Under the pieces are notes generated by a model that did no database searches, was not told where the DNA came from, and saw nothing but the letters and a program-made list of their open reading frames with translations. Shown in pieces: positions 15,621 through 24,338 of a DNA stretch of 64,000 nt. Made by a program: the position numbers and the translations under genes. Positions within the stretch are counted from its first letter, which is position 1. Each line of letters starts with the position of its first letter. The stretch covers positions 1,064 through 65,063 of the forward strand of contig JAVYSA010000002.1 of assembly GCA_038729445.1 (NCBI GenBank), given 5' to 3'. This stretch comes from Thermoplasmata archaeon. GTDB lineage: Archaea; Thermoplasmatota; Thermoplasmata; Lutacidiplasmatales; UBA184.

Positions 15621-16898
15621 TCACTCCGCCGTCGGCATCTCCCGGCCCCGGTCGGACGGAGCAGGAGCGATCTCGGAGCGTAGGGATGGTCCGGCTTCGG
15701 AGGCGCCGAGGAGATGGGCCCACCGCCGGGGAGCGAGAGCCAGCGTGAGGGCAAAGGTTCCGAGGAACGCGTACCCGAGTCCCCATCGCAGCGCGAGTGC
15801 GACCGGTCCGGTCGTCGGGGGCGCCACGGCCCCCCACGCCGCCGGTAGGGTGAGGGCGCCGAAGATCTGGTTGACAAGGCCGGACGCTCCCGTGCCGACC
15901 CAGGCGGGAGGAAGCCACGCCAGCAAGGTCACCCCCACGATCCCGATCCCCGCGCGGGCCGCGCGACGTCCCACGCGGAATCCCGGGCCGTCGGTGCTCG
16001 CCCATCCGACGAGCATGCGGGGGGAAATCGCCGCGAGGATCGCAACCGCCGCGATGAACTCCCCTTGGACCAAGAGCCCGAACCAGAATCCTCCCGAGCC
16101 GACCGGGTATCCATAGACGACGGCGAGGGCGAGGGAGGAGAGGGCCCAGAGAACCCCCCCCACGAGCAGGACAAACCGGACGAGACCGGCCCGCAACGAT
16201 CCCTCCGAGCGACCGATCGGCGAAGGACCCCAGCGGGTCGAGAGCCCCAACAGCGGACCATAGGTCTCCAGGATCGCCTCATGCGCGAGCAGGGCAATGG
16301 CAAGGACAACCATCTGGAAGACCCCGAGGTACCAGTTGTTCGCAAGGAGGTCGTACGCATTGGCGCCCGCCGCCTGGGCGACGACCCCGAGGCCCGCCGC
16401 GGTCGAGGCCGTGATGGAGCAGCAGGCCCCGATCGTCGCCAGGGCCAGAAAGGCCGGGGTCAACCCCGCCATGGAGCCGATCGCGGCCGAGCCGGCGGCT
16501 TGCCGCTGGAGGCGGCGCTGGTGGATGAGCCGTACCCACAGGACGGTGGCAACGGTCAGCCCGAGCCCGACACCGATCGCGACGATCACCATCGTGATCG
16601 TCGCGAAGAACGGAAGCGCGAGCGTTGCGTTGGGGAAGAGGACGAGGACCCCCGGGTAGTTCCACCAAGGCGCTGTCCCTCCGGTGAGGATCAGCACCGT
16701 GGTTCCCCGCATTCCCGTCTGGCCGATGACGAGCATGCCTCCCATCAGCATCGAGGCAAGGGCGAAGATGACCGTGATGAGGATCGCGAGCGGCACCGCC
16801 CACGCTCGGCGCAACACCTGACGGGTGGCCGAAAAAAGGAAGATCGACGCGCCCATATGGGCCAACGACGGGGGTCGACCCGGGACCGAGGACGCCAT
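15621..16898 (-). CDS. Polytopic membrane protein, unknown family (425 aa), with a vicinal Cys pair in a predicted helix
   Basis: Long hydrophobic segments (e.g. AVPLAILITVIFALASMLMGGMLVIG, FATITMVIVAIGVGLGLTVATVLWV). Motif LTPAFLALATIGACCSITASTAAGLG. Separated by 30 nt from the downstream gene and 24 nt from the upstream gene. Confidence 0.7.
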   Translation of the reverse strand: MASSVPGRPPSLAHMGASIFLFSATRQVLRRAWAVPLAILITVIFALASMLMGGMLVIGQTGMRGTTVLILTGGTAPWWNYPGVLVLFPNATLALPFFATITMVIVAIGVGLGLTVATVLWVRLIHQRRLQRQAAGSAAIGSMAGLTPAFLALATIGACCSITASTAAGLGVVAQAAGANAYDLLANNWYLGVFQMVVLAIALLAHEAILETYGPLLGLSTRWGPSPIGRSEGSLRAGLVRFVLLVGGVLWALSSLALAVVYGYPVGSGGFWFGLLVQGEFIAAVAILAAISPRMLVGWASTDGPGFRVGRRAARAGIGIVGVTLLAWLPPAWVGTGASGLVNQIFGALTLPAAWGAVAPPTTGPVALALRWGLGYAFLGTFALTLALAPRRWAHLLGASEAGPSLRSEIAPAPSDRGREMPTAE

Positions 16899-16922
16899 CG
16901 GCCGTAGACTCTCCCCGGAGGT

Positions 16923-17957
16923 TTATCGGCCTATCGTAGCTACGCCGGAGCCGCTGCCGCCCTTGGTGCCCTCGGCGACAGCGGTTCCGGATCCCTCCCA
17001 CCGAGGCGTGACGTCGGGGGGAACGGCCGACGGACCTACGGCGGCCGGAGAGGCCGGCCGACCCGGGGCCACGGCTCCGGACACTTTGGCCCGGCGCAAG
17101 AGCGTTCCGAACAGATAGTGGGACTCCCCGATCATCACCACTGTCATCGTCAGGGCGAATGGGGCGTACTGGAAGGGCCCGGCCGGGGAGAGGTACGAGC
17201 CGATCCAGCTCAACGACATCGCAAGGAATCCCCCTCCGACACCGGCCCACCGCCAGAGATCCCCCTCGGACGATGCCCGCCGGGTCACGGCGCGCCAGAG
17301 CACGAGGAGACCCGCGCCCATGGCCGCGGCCATCCCGACCGCCCCCACCAGAGGGACCTCGATCACCCACGGCGCCAGGAAGGCCGTGAGCGTCAGGGCC
17401 GCGAGCGCTTGGGCGTCGAGGCGGGAAAGCCGGCTCCACCGGAGGAGGACCAGCATGCTCACCCCCATCGGCCAGAAGTACCAGGCCGACGAGAGGGAGG
17501 CAACCGCAGCCTCCCCGAGCGCCCCGACCGTGCGGATGCTCGCCGGAAGGGCACCCGGAGTGAGCGCCGCGAAGGTCCAGCTCATGAAGAGCTCGTTCCC
17601 GAAGACGAGCAGCACGATGGCGGTGATCCAGCCGGTCCGCGGCCGGATCGGGTGCTCGGACTCCTCGAAGACGAGGGTGACGAACCAGATCCCGAAGGGG
17701 ACCATCATGAACTGGGCGGCCAGAGCGAACGCGACGAACCCTCCATCGCTTGGAGTCTCCAGATAATAGGCGAGACCGAGCCAGAAGACCATCTGGCTCA
17801 GGAGCAGAGCGACCGCAAGGACCATCGTGGAGAAGCTGGGGAACGCCGGGTCTCGGGTGACATGCCGCAGGATGTAGAGGTTCAGTGCGACCATCGCGGC
17901 CGCCACCAAGGCGAGGGCCCCCGTGGCCGTGTTGAACCCGCTCAATCCCGCGAGCAT
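16923..17957 (-). CDS. Polytopic membrane protein, unknown family (344 aa), sharing the 'NELFM ... WYFW ... LLRW' two-helix unit with the 708-aa protein
   Basis: Helices such as ALALVAAAMVALNLYIL and GWITAIVLLVFGNELFMSWTFAAL. Ends in a Pro/Gly/Ser-rich soluble tail. The start overlaps the GH15 stop by 16 nt. Confidence 0.7.
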   Translation of the reverse strand: MLAGLSGFNTATGALALVAAAMVALNLYILRHVTRDPAFPSFSTMVLAVALLLSQMVFWLGLAYYLETPSDGGFVAFALAAQFMMVPFGIWFVTLVFEESEHPIRPRTGWITAIVLLVFGNELFMSWTFAALTPGALPASIRTVGALGEAAVASLSSAWYFWPMGVSMLVLLRWSRLSRLDAQALAALTLTAFLAPWVIEVPLVGAVGMAAAMGAGLLVLWRAVTRRASSEGDLWRWAGVGGGFLAMSLSWIGSYLSPAGPFQYAPFALTMTVVMIGESHYLFGTLLRRAKVSGAVAPGRPASPAAVGPSAVPPDVTPRWEGSGTAVAEGTKGGSGSGVATIGR

Positions 17958-20005
17958 GTCGGCGGACCCCGCCCGCAGGACCTGGTCCGCGGGCGTTGGG
18001 AGGAGAAGGGATGCCGCCGCTTATGCGGGTCGGGTACGTATTCGCCGGCCCGGTGAGGGAAGGGGGCTCCCCCCGTGCTCCCGGACGGCGGCGCTCCGAC
18101 GCGCGATCCCAACTCTCGCGCCGGCGGGGGAGACGCTCGATTCCTTCCCGCCGGGAGCCCCGCCCGGCCGAAGAGGGCGAAGGCACAGCGCAAGAACGCG
18201 ATGTGCGAGAGCGCCTGGGGATAGTTTCCCAAGGGCCGGCCGGAGGATGGGTCGATCTCCTCGCTGAACAGACCGAGCGATCCGCCGGCCTTGACCAGCC
18301 GTTCCCAGTCCGCGGACGCCTCCTCCGTGCGGCCGAGCCGGGCCAGGCACTCCACCCTCCAGAAGGAGCAGGCGAGGAAGGCACCCTCGGGACCCAGGGG
18401 ATCCCCCCTTGTGAGGAACCTCCGGACGAACGGTCCATCGGCCAGACGGTGGCCGATGAACTCCACCGTGCCCACGACCCGGGGATCGTCGAACGGGAGG
18501 AAACCGACCAGGGGGATCCTCAGGTTCGCCGCGTCCGGCCCGGACCGGTCGAACGCCTGGACGAAGGCCCGATGCCGCGTGTCGAATCCGCGCCGGAGGA
18601 CGGCCGCACGGACGAGCTCGGCCTCCTCCGAGAAGGAACGGGTGGCGGAGCCTCCCTCGAACCGCTCTGCGAGCGCCCGGGCACGGTCGAGGGCAACCCA
18701 TGCCATCACCTTCGAGTGGACGTAGTGACGGGGAGGGCCACGCGCCTCCCAGATTCCTTGGTCGGGCTCGGTCCACCGCCGGGCGACGACCTCGGCGAGC
18801 CCGCGGATCTTGGGCCAGAAGCGGCGGACGTACTCCGGGGCGGCACGGGAGAGCAGTTCGGCCGCAGCGATCAGCTCGCCAAAGACGTCGAGCTGGAACT
18901 GGCATTCGGCGGCGTTGCCGATCCGGACGGGGCGCGAGCCTTCGTACCCCTTCCACCACGACACGACGCGCTCGCGCGGGATCCGGTGGCCGTGGGCGTC
19001 GTAGAGGATCCTCAGGCCCCTTCCGGCATGCCGGGACGCATCGATTCGCCGGACCACCCAGCGAAGGAACCGCTCGGCCTCCCCGAGATGGCCGAACTCG
19101 GCAAGGACCTGGGCGCTGAAGGCGGCGTCCCGCAGCCACGCGTAGCGGTAATCCCAGTTCCGCGGGCCCCCCGGCCATTCGGGAAGGGAGGTGGTCGCGG
19201 CCGCGACGAAGGCCCCGCTCTCCCTCTCGCTCAAAAGCTTGAGGGCCAGCAGGCTCCGAAGGACGCGGCCGCGCCACCGCGTCGGGAACCTGCCCAGGGC
19301 CCCGCTCCCCCGCGCGGCCCAACGTCGCCAGTAGTCGACCGTCTCATGGCATAGACGGGTGGCCTGTCGCTCCGGGACCGGCGCCGTCCCTCCGGCGATC
19401 GTAATCCTCCATGGTGTGCCCGGTTCGACCGTTCCGCTCCAGGATCCCCCTCCGCCGGTCCTCTCGAACGTTCCCGGGCTCGTCAGCGTGACCGATTCGC
19501 CCCGGCTGCGGATGATGGCCCGGTGGGGGCCCTGCACTTCCCATCGAGGCTCCGACCGGCCGTAGCCGGGCCGGGGTTCGGCCCGGACCCGGACGGCGAC
19601 CGGACCGCCCTCCGCGGAGGCGATCCGCACGATCCATGGAGGCGCCGGCCCCTGGGCCCGTGGTCGGAGCGGAAGGAAGTCGACCAGCGTCAGCCATCTT
19701 CCCCCTCCCAACGTGAACCTGGTGCGAAGGAGGTTCGTTCCGGCCAGGTACTCCTGGGAGGCCCGGAAGCGCCCAACGGGCAAGATGGAATGGAATCCTC
19801 CCTTGTCCGGATCCAGCAGGCGACCGAACACGCTGGCCGACGAGAAGGTGGGAAGGCAGGCCCAGTCGATCGAGCCGTTCGGGGAGACGAGGGCGCAGGT
19901 CTCGAGGTTGCCGATCACGCCGTAGTGGGTGATCGGCGGCAGCTCAGGGTTCCGGGACTCCGGGGGGCCCGCCGGGCGATTCCGACCAACGTCCGCTGGG
20001 TGCAT
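17942..20005 (-). CDS. Glycoside hydrolase family 15 protein (glucoamylase/trehalase-like)
   Basis: ITHYGVIGNLETCALVSPNGSIDWACLPTFSSASVFGRLLD...; WDYRYAWLRDAAFS; SLGLFSEEIDPSSGRPLGNYPQALSHIAFL. Start set at ATG 20005 (the track ORF extends to 20242). About 70 aa of low-complexity tail follows the usual family C-terminus. Confidence 0.85.
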   Translation of the reverse strand: MHPADVGRNRPAGPPESRNPELPPITHYGVIGNLETCALVSPNGSIDWACLPTFSSASVFGRLLDPDKGGFHSILPVGRFRASQEYLAGTNLLRTRFTLGGGRWLTLVDFLPLRPRAQGPAPPWIVRIASAEGGPVAVRVRAEPRPGYGRSEPRWEVQGPHRAIIRSRGESVTLTSPGTFERTGGGGSWSGTVEPGTPWRITIAGGTAPVPERQATRLCHETVDYWRRWAARGSGALGRFPTRWRGRVLRSLLALKLLSERESGAFVAAATTSLPEWPGGPRNWDYRYAWLRDAAFSAQVLAEFGHLGEAERFLRWVVRRIDASRHAGRGLRILYDAHGHRIPRERVVSWWKGYEGSRPVRIGNAAECQFQLDVFGELIAAAELLSRAAPEYVRRFWPKIRGLAEVVARRWTEPDQGIWEARGPPRHYVHSKVMAWVALDRARALAERFEGGSATRSFSEEAELVRAAVLRRGFDTRHRAFVQAFDRSGPDAANLRIPLVGFLPFDDPRVVGTVEFIGHRLADGPFVRRFLTRGDPLGPEGAFLACSFWRVECLARLGRTEEASADWERLVKAGGSLGLFSEEIDPSSGRPLGNYPQALSHIAFLRCAFALFGRAGLPAGRNRASPPPARELGSRVGAPPSGSTGGAPFPHRAGEYVPDPHKRRHPFSSQRPRTRSCGRGPPTCSRD

Positions 20006-20135
20006 CCACGCCCGAGCCTTCCCGGTCGGGAGGGCTCGCCTCGTCCTGCGGCCAGCGGTCCTCCGTTCAAATCCGTGATGCCGACGCCGGTAGGGTCCGG
20101 GGTGCGGCCATATCCTTCTCCTGTCTCGGGCCATC

Positions 20136-21245
20136 GTGGCGATGCAGGAGTCCGACCCCCGGAACCGGCCGAGGGAGCCCGTCCCGTGGGACGACTCGCT
20201 GGCACGGCGCTTCCGCTTCGCCTGCCGACCCGGCTGCGGCATGTGCTGCTACGTCAGCCCCCGCCTGACCCCGTCCGATCGGGAGGGGATCGGTCAGCAA
20301 CGACGTCCGGTTCCATTGGTCCCCGCCGGCCCGGGACGCTGGCGGATCCCCGAGCGGGCCACCGGTGGCGCCTGCGCGATGCTGGACGGGGATCGATGCC
20401 AGATCCATCTCCAGCGACCCGGAGTCTGCGCGATCTATCCGGTCACCCTCTACGCGGGCCGCGGCCGCTGGCAGGCCAGCATCGTGCTCTCCTGCCCGGG
20501 GGTCGATCTGGAACCGCTCCGTCAGGGTGGCGACCCGCGCGAAGGCCCTTCGTCCCCACCCGCCGATTCGCTACGGCGGGAGATCGATCGGGCCCGGTGG
20601 ATCGCGACGTCCCCCGCAATGTGCCGGGCATTCCGAGGCGCCGCGCTGCGGCGGTCGCACTCCCTGCGTCGTCTTCTCGGCCGGCAGCCGCTCTGGGCGG
20701 AGGTCGACTCGGCCCGCAGCGCGCTCCTCCGCATGCTGCCCATCCTGCCCGCCCATCCCGAGGAGGCCGAGCCGCTTCCCGACGTTCGGGAAGGTGCGGA
20801 GTATCTGCCCCTCGTCGCGGCTCCTGCCGCCCGGCCGATCGCGCTGGCCACCGATGGCGGCGTTCCCACGGTATTCGAGCTCGATCCCTTCGGGCGCCTC
20901 ACCCTCCGGGGGAGGTACCGCCCCCTCGACAGGATCCCCGCGCCGGACGGCGCCGCGAGGGAGTGGCTCGCCGGATATCAGGGGTACTGGCTCGACCGGG
21001 ATGCGTTCTGGGATGGCCTGGTCGCCGGAGCGGAGGGATGCCCCGGAGCCGTGCCGGGCCCTCTGGAGGCGGGTCAGATGACCCTCCGGAAGATTGCGGC
21101 GACCGTCCTGCTGCGCGCCGCGATCCTGGCCCAGCACCGCGGGACGACGGGCACCCTGACCGATACCGACGCGATCGTGGACGGGATCCGGGCGACCGAT
21201 GCCGACCTCATCGATGCCGGCGGCTACGGTGCCGTGGAGCCGTAG
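20136..21245 (+). CDS. YkgJ/UPF0153-family Cys-cluster (CxxxCxxCC) protein, unusually long (369 aa)
   Basis: FACRPGCGMCCYVSP ... GGACAMLDGDRCQIHLQRPGVCAIYP fits the zinc/iron-chelating YkgJ pattern. Start is GTG 20136 or ATG 20142. A weak TATA-like CATATCC lies ~20 nt upstream. Confidence 0.65.
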   Translation: MAMQESDPRNRPREPVPWDDSLARRFRFACRPGCGMCCYVSPRLTPSDREGIGQQRRPVPLVPAGPGRWRIPERATGGACAMLDGDRCQIHLQRPGVCAIYPVTLYAGRGRWQASIVLSCPGVDLEPLRQGGDPREGPSSPPADSLRREIDRARWIATSPAMCRAFRGAALRRSHSLRRLLGRQPLWAEVDSARSALLRMLPILPAHPEEAEPLPDVREGAEYLPLVAAPAARPIALATDGGVPTVFELDPFGRLTLRGRYRPLDRIPAPDGAAREWLAGYQGYWLDRDAFWDGLVAGAEGCPGAVPGPLEAGQMTLRKIAATVLLRAAILAQHRGTTGTLTDTDAIVDGIRATDADLIDAGGYGAVEP

Positions 21246-22390
21246 CCCTCCCCCGGAAACCTCCGGCCCAGGGCCGCCGAGAGCCCCGCGACCAGGGCCT
21301 CCTCCGCGTCCCGACTCCAGCGCTCCGGCCCGCCGGGCGCCGGATCAGGTTCCCATCGCCGCGGAGCATCGTCGTGACCGGTCGTCGAGGTGAAGTGCCG
21401 GCGCCATGGCTCGGGAAGGGGTCCGCCGGGAAGCGCATCCGTGGCCAAGAGGGCGCCGGCGCGGGCAAGGAGGAGCGCGACATGCACGGCATGGTAGCCT
21501 CCGCCCCCGGTGAGGAGGAGCCTCCCTCGGCAGAGGCGCCGTGCCGCAAAGCGGATCTCCCGGAGGGCGACCGCGTATCCGGCGGCCGTGTAGGCAAGCC
21601 CGGCCAGCGGATCCCCCGCGTGCCCATCGACGCCGTGCTGCACCACAATCGCGTCGGGCCGATACTCGTCGAGGAGGGGCACGACCACACGCCGGACGAG
21701 GCCGGTGAGCGCACGATCCCCTGCGCCCGGGGGGAGCGGGAGGTTGATCGTGTACCCGGCGCCGTCTCCGCGCCCCGTATCTTCCACCATCCCCGTCCCG
21801 GGGAAGAGCGTGCGCCCATCCTGATGGAGATCCACGTCGAGGACCCGCGCGGTATCGTAGAACGCCTCCATCACCCCGTCGCCGTGGTGCGCATCCAGAT
21901 CGATGTAGGCGACCCGATCGACCTCGTCCAGTGCCGTGAGGATCGCCAGCACGACGTCGTTGAAGATGCAGAAGCCGCTCGCACGCCCGGCGTGCGCGTG
22001 GTGGAGCCCGCCGGCCGGATGGAAGGCGGGGATTCCGTCGTGCAGGACGGCCCGCATCGCCTCGACCGTACCGGCGACGATCCGCGCGGCGGCGCGGTCG
22101 CATCCCGGGAACGCCGGCGTGTCCCCTTCGTCGAGGCAGGTGGCTCCCCGTAGGAGCCCAGCGGCCGTGCGGACCGTCCGGAGGTACTCCGGTTCATGGA
22201 ACCGGAGCAAAAGGCGATCGTCCGCGACCGGAAGCGGTCCGATCTCGCGGATCCATTCCGAGGCGCCCGGGACCGCACGGAGGAGGTCCACGGCGAGCGC
22301 CCGATGCGCCATCGCGAAGGGATGGCCGGGGCCGAAGTCGTACTCGAGATGGAGGGGGTCCCACGCGAGCCCCATCGCCGGTGCGCTCAT
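21224..22390 (-). CDS. Histone deacetylase-family protein (AcuC/acetylpolyamine amidohydrolase-like)
   Basis: PGHPF...; HPAGGLHHAHAGRASGFCIFNDV; YIDLDAHHGDGV; LLLTGGGGYH. Start set at ATG 22390, giving an ATGA overlap with the upstream gene's stop (the track ORF extends to 22813). Confidence 0.85.
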   Translation of the reverse strand: MSAPAMGLAWDPLHLEYDFGPGHPFAMAHRALAVDLLRAVPGASEWIREIGPLPVADDRLLLRFHEPEYLRTVRTAAGLLRGATCLDEGDTPAFPGCDRAAARIVAGTVEAMRAVLHDGIPAFHPAGGLHHAHAGRASGFCIFNDVVLAILTALDEVDRVAYIDLDAHHGDGVMEAFYDTARVLDVDLHQDGRTLFPGTGMVEDTGRGDGAGYTINLPLPPGAGDRALTGLVRRVVVPLLDEYRPDAIVVQHGVDGHAGDPLAGLAYTAAGYAVALREIRFAARRLCRGRLLLTGGGGYHAVHVALLLARAGALLATDALPGGPLPEPWRRHFTSTTGHDDAPRRWEPDPAPGGPERWSRDAEEALVAGLSAALGRRFPGEGYGSTAP

Positions 22391-23157
22391 CGCCCGCCTC
22401 CGGTTCCCTCCTCCGGAGCGGGGGGATCCTCCGGGTCCCCCAGCGCGCGGTCGAGCCGCCGACCCAGGACGATCGATCCGACGCCAGCGGCGGCAAGGAT
22501 CGGAAGCCACGCGAGCACACGGAGGTGGAGCACGATCGGGAATCCGGCGACCGGGTCCGTGACGATGCCGGTCTCGTAGCGGAGCGTCCAGAAGAAGGGC
22601 ACGGCGGTCGCGAGCATCGCGCATCCGATCCCCGTCCGCAGTCCGGCGAGATCCCGCCAGGGGCGGTCCGCCCCGGGGACACCCGAGCGCCGCCGCGCTT
22701 GGGCGGTCATCCACGCCAGGAAGAGGAACATGAGCCCGATGTCGAGGGCCCAGGCGACGGACGCGATGTCGAGGACGTTCGCGGTCGTCCCGTTGTCGAA
22801 CGTCCCCGTCCACAGGACGAAGAGGAAGTACGGCTCGATTGTGGCGAGCATGAGGAGGGCGAGGTTGACCACCAGCATCGACGTCTCCTCGCGCCGGAGG
22901 TGCCGGGTCACCCGAAGGTAGGACAGCCAGATCCCGATCAGCAGCACGAAGCTCACGGAGAACTCGACGGCGTAGGAGACGAAGTCCGCCTCGTAGCGAG
23001 GAGGGCTCAGCGCGAGCTGGAGCGCTGAGATCGACAGGGCCAGCCCGAAGATGAACCCGCTGAGCTCCTGGATCCGCTCCGGAGTGATGCCGGAGTACTC
23101 ACCACCCATGCCATCCCCGGAGGATTGCCGGAAGATGAATCCCTGCTCCGGCCGCAC
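22387..23157 (-). CDS. Integral membrane protein, tentatively DUF1211/TMEM175-like
   Basis: Six hydrophobic helices. The N-terminal TPERIQELSGFIFGLALSISAL only loosely resembles the RxxxFSD signature helix. Lies 22 nt downstream of the TFB stop. Alternative start is ATG 23109. Confidence 0.55.
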   Translation of the reverse strand: MRPEQGFIFRQSSGDGMGGEYSGITPERIQELSGFIFGLALSISALQLALSPPRYEADFVSYAVEFSVSFVLLIGIWLSYLRVTRHLRREETSMLVVNLALLMLATIEPYFLFVLWTGTFDNGTTANVLDIASVAWALDIGLMFLFLAWMTAQARRRSGVPGADRPWRDLAGLRTGIGCAMLATAVPFFWTLRYETGIVTDPVAGFPIVLHLRVLAWLPILAAAGVGSIVLGRRLDRALGDPEDPPAPEEGTGGGR

Positions 23158-23179
23158 CGGGGGTAGTGCGCGCCCGCCC

Positions 23180-24136
23180 CTAGGCGCTCGGCCAGGTGGG
23201 CCCGAGGACCCTCTCGAGGATCCGGCGGGTCGAACGCAGCGTGACCTCGGTGACCGCGCTCACCCGGGCGACCTGGGCCCGGCTGCGGCGCTCCCCATGA
23301 TGGTCGGAGGCCAGGCAGATCATCGCCGCCACCAGGCCGTGAGGGCTCAGGCCGGAGAGCTCGGGATTCTTCTGGGCCTCCTCGAGCATCGCCTCCACCG
23401 TCGAACGCACCGCGGGGCTGAGCGCCAGCTCCTCGGCGTACCGCGCGAGGAATCCGTGCAGGCCGATGGACGGGATCCGGATGACGGCCCCCCGGTGGAG
23501 GACCTTGAAGGCCCGTCCGACCTCGGTCCGGCTGCTTCCGGCCGCCTCCGAGACCTCGGTCAGGGTCCGAGGGACCGAGTAGACCCGGCAGGACGCATAG
23601 ATGGCCGCGCCGACGCAGGCCTCCAGCGGGCGGCCGCGGGAAAGCCCCCGCAGCTTCGCCTCCCGGAAGATCCTCTCGGCCTCGGTCTGGACGATCGGGG
23701 GAAGGATGAGGCGCTCGCACGCCGTCGCGATTTCGCTCCGCGCGGGCGCGCGGAGGACGGGGCCCTGGGGACCCCGCGTCGTCTGGCGCTGCATGACGCG
23801 CTTGAGGTGCTGAAACTCGTAGCGGCGGCGGGAATCGAGCCGGCGCCCTTGGCCGTCCCGGGAGACGGTCAGCGTGGTCCCGAGCGTTCCCTTCCGGTCG
23901 GGGGAGAGGGTGAACGGTCCGATGCCCCGGCCGCTGCCGTCGGTGGCGGCGTCGGAGGCGGAGGGCGGGGGTGCAGTCACGAACTCCTCGGCCTCGAAAA
24001 CGAGCCCGCAGTCGGCACAGTGTGTCTCCGACCGCACGGGGTCGGTGATCCGGTGGGCGCTCCCGCAGAGGGGACACGGGGCGGGACCGGCCCGGCCGGG
24101 CGGCCTCGTCGCGGGCGTCGTGGGAGGGTCCACCAC
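23180..24136 (-). CDS. tfb: Transcription initiation factor IIB (TFB)
   Basis: N-terminal zinc ribbon CPLCGSAHRITDPVRSETHCADCG. Two cyclin-fold repeats follow (…LPPIVQTEAERIFREAKLRGLSRGRPLEACVGAAIYASCR… and …AEELALSPAVRSTVEAMLEEAQ…). GTG start. Confidence 0.9.
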   Translation of the reverse strand: MVDPPTTPATRPPGRAGPAPCPLCGSAHRITDPVRSETHCADCGLVFEAEEFVTAPPPSASDAATDGSGRGIGPFTLSPDRKGTLGTTLTVSRDGQGRRLDSRRRYEFQHLKRVMQRQTTRGPQGPVLRAPARSEIATACERLILPPIVQTEAERIFREAKLRGLSRGRPLEACVGAAIYASCRVYSVPRTLTEVSEAAGSSRTEVGRAFKVLHRGAVIRIPSIGLHGFLARYAEELALSPAVRSTVEAMLEEAQKNPELSGLSPHGLVAAMICLASDHHGERRSRAQVARVSAVTEVTLRSTRRILERVLGPTWPSA

Positions 24137-24158
24137 GCTGGAGTCTACCTCGGGGCCC

Positions 24159-24165
24159 TATTTAT
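24159..24165 (-). promoter_or_regulatory. TATA box (ATAAATA on the minus strand) 22 nt upstream of the TFB GTG, implying a leaderless mRNA
   Basis: Plus-strand ctatttatgg. Spacing fits transcription initiating at or next to the start codon. Confidence 0.55.
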
Positions 24166-24338
24166 GGAATTGTCCAAGGACAGCCCTCGGCCCGTCAGTC
24201 GGCCCACGGGCGGGGCGATCGGGTCTCCGGACCGGCACCGCCGGCCGGGTCGGTGCCGCGGGGCATGCCCCCCCCGCCCTCGTTGAGGGCGCCGGGGCGC
24301 GGCAAAAGGGTATTTGGCGCACCTGCCCATCCACCGGC

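Noticed and set aside
13435-16005. 856-aa ORF on the minus strand, with similar ORFs at 16279..18438 (-) and 14088..15683 (+)
   Set aside because: These are alternative frames over the membrane-protein cluster. The chosen frames give coherent transmembrane helices and near-saturated GC3, whereas these frames give R/P/G-rich sequence.
20065-20074. GTTCAAATCC, a T-loop-like sequence in the GH15/YkgJ spacer that might signal a second tRNA
   Set aside because: The flanking bases cannot form a T-stem (CTCCG versus CCGTG), and no acceptor or anticodon arms can be drawn on either strand.
19523-22153. 876-aa ORF on the plus strand
   Set aside because: It is off-frame or antisense relative to GH15, the YkgJ gene (a different plus frame with real motifs) and the HDAC gene. 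It contains no recognisable domain.
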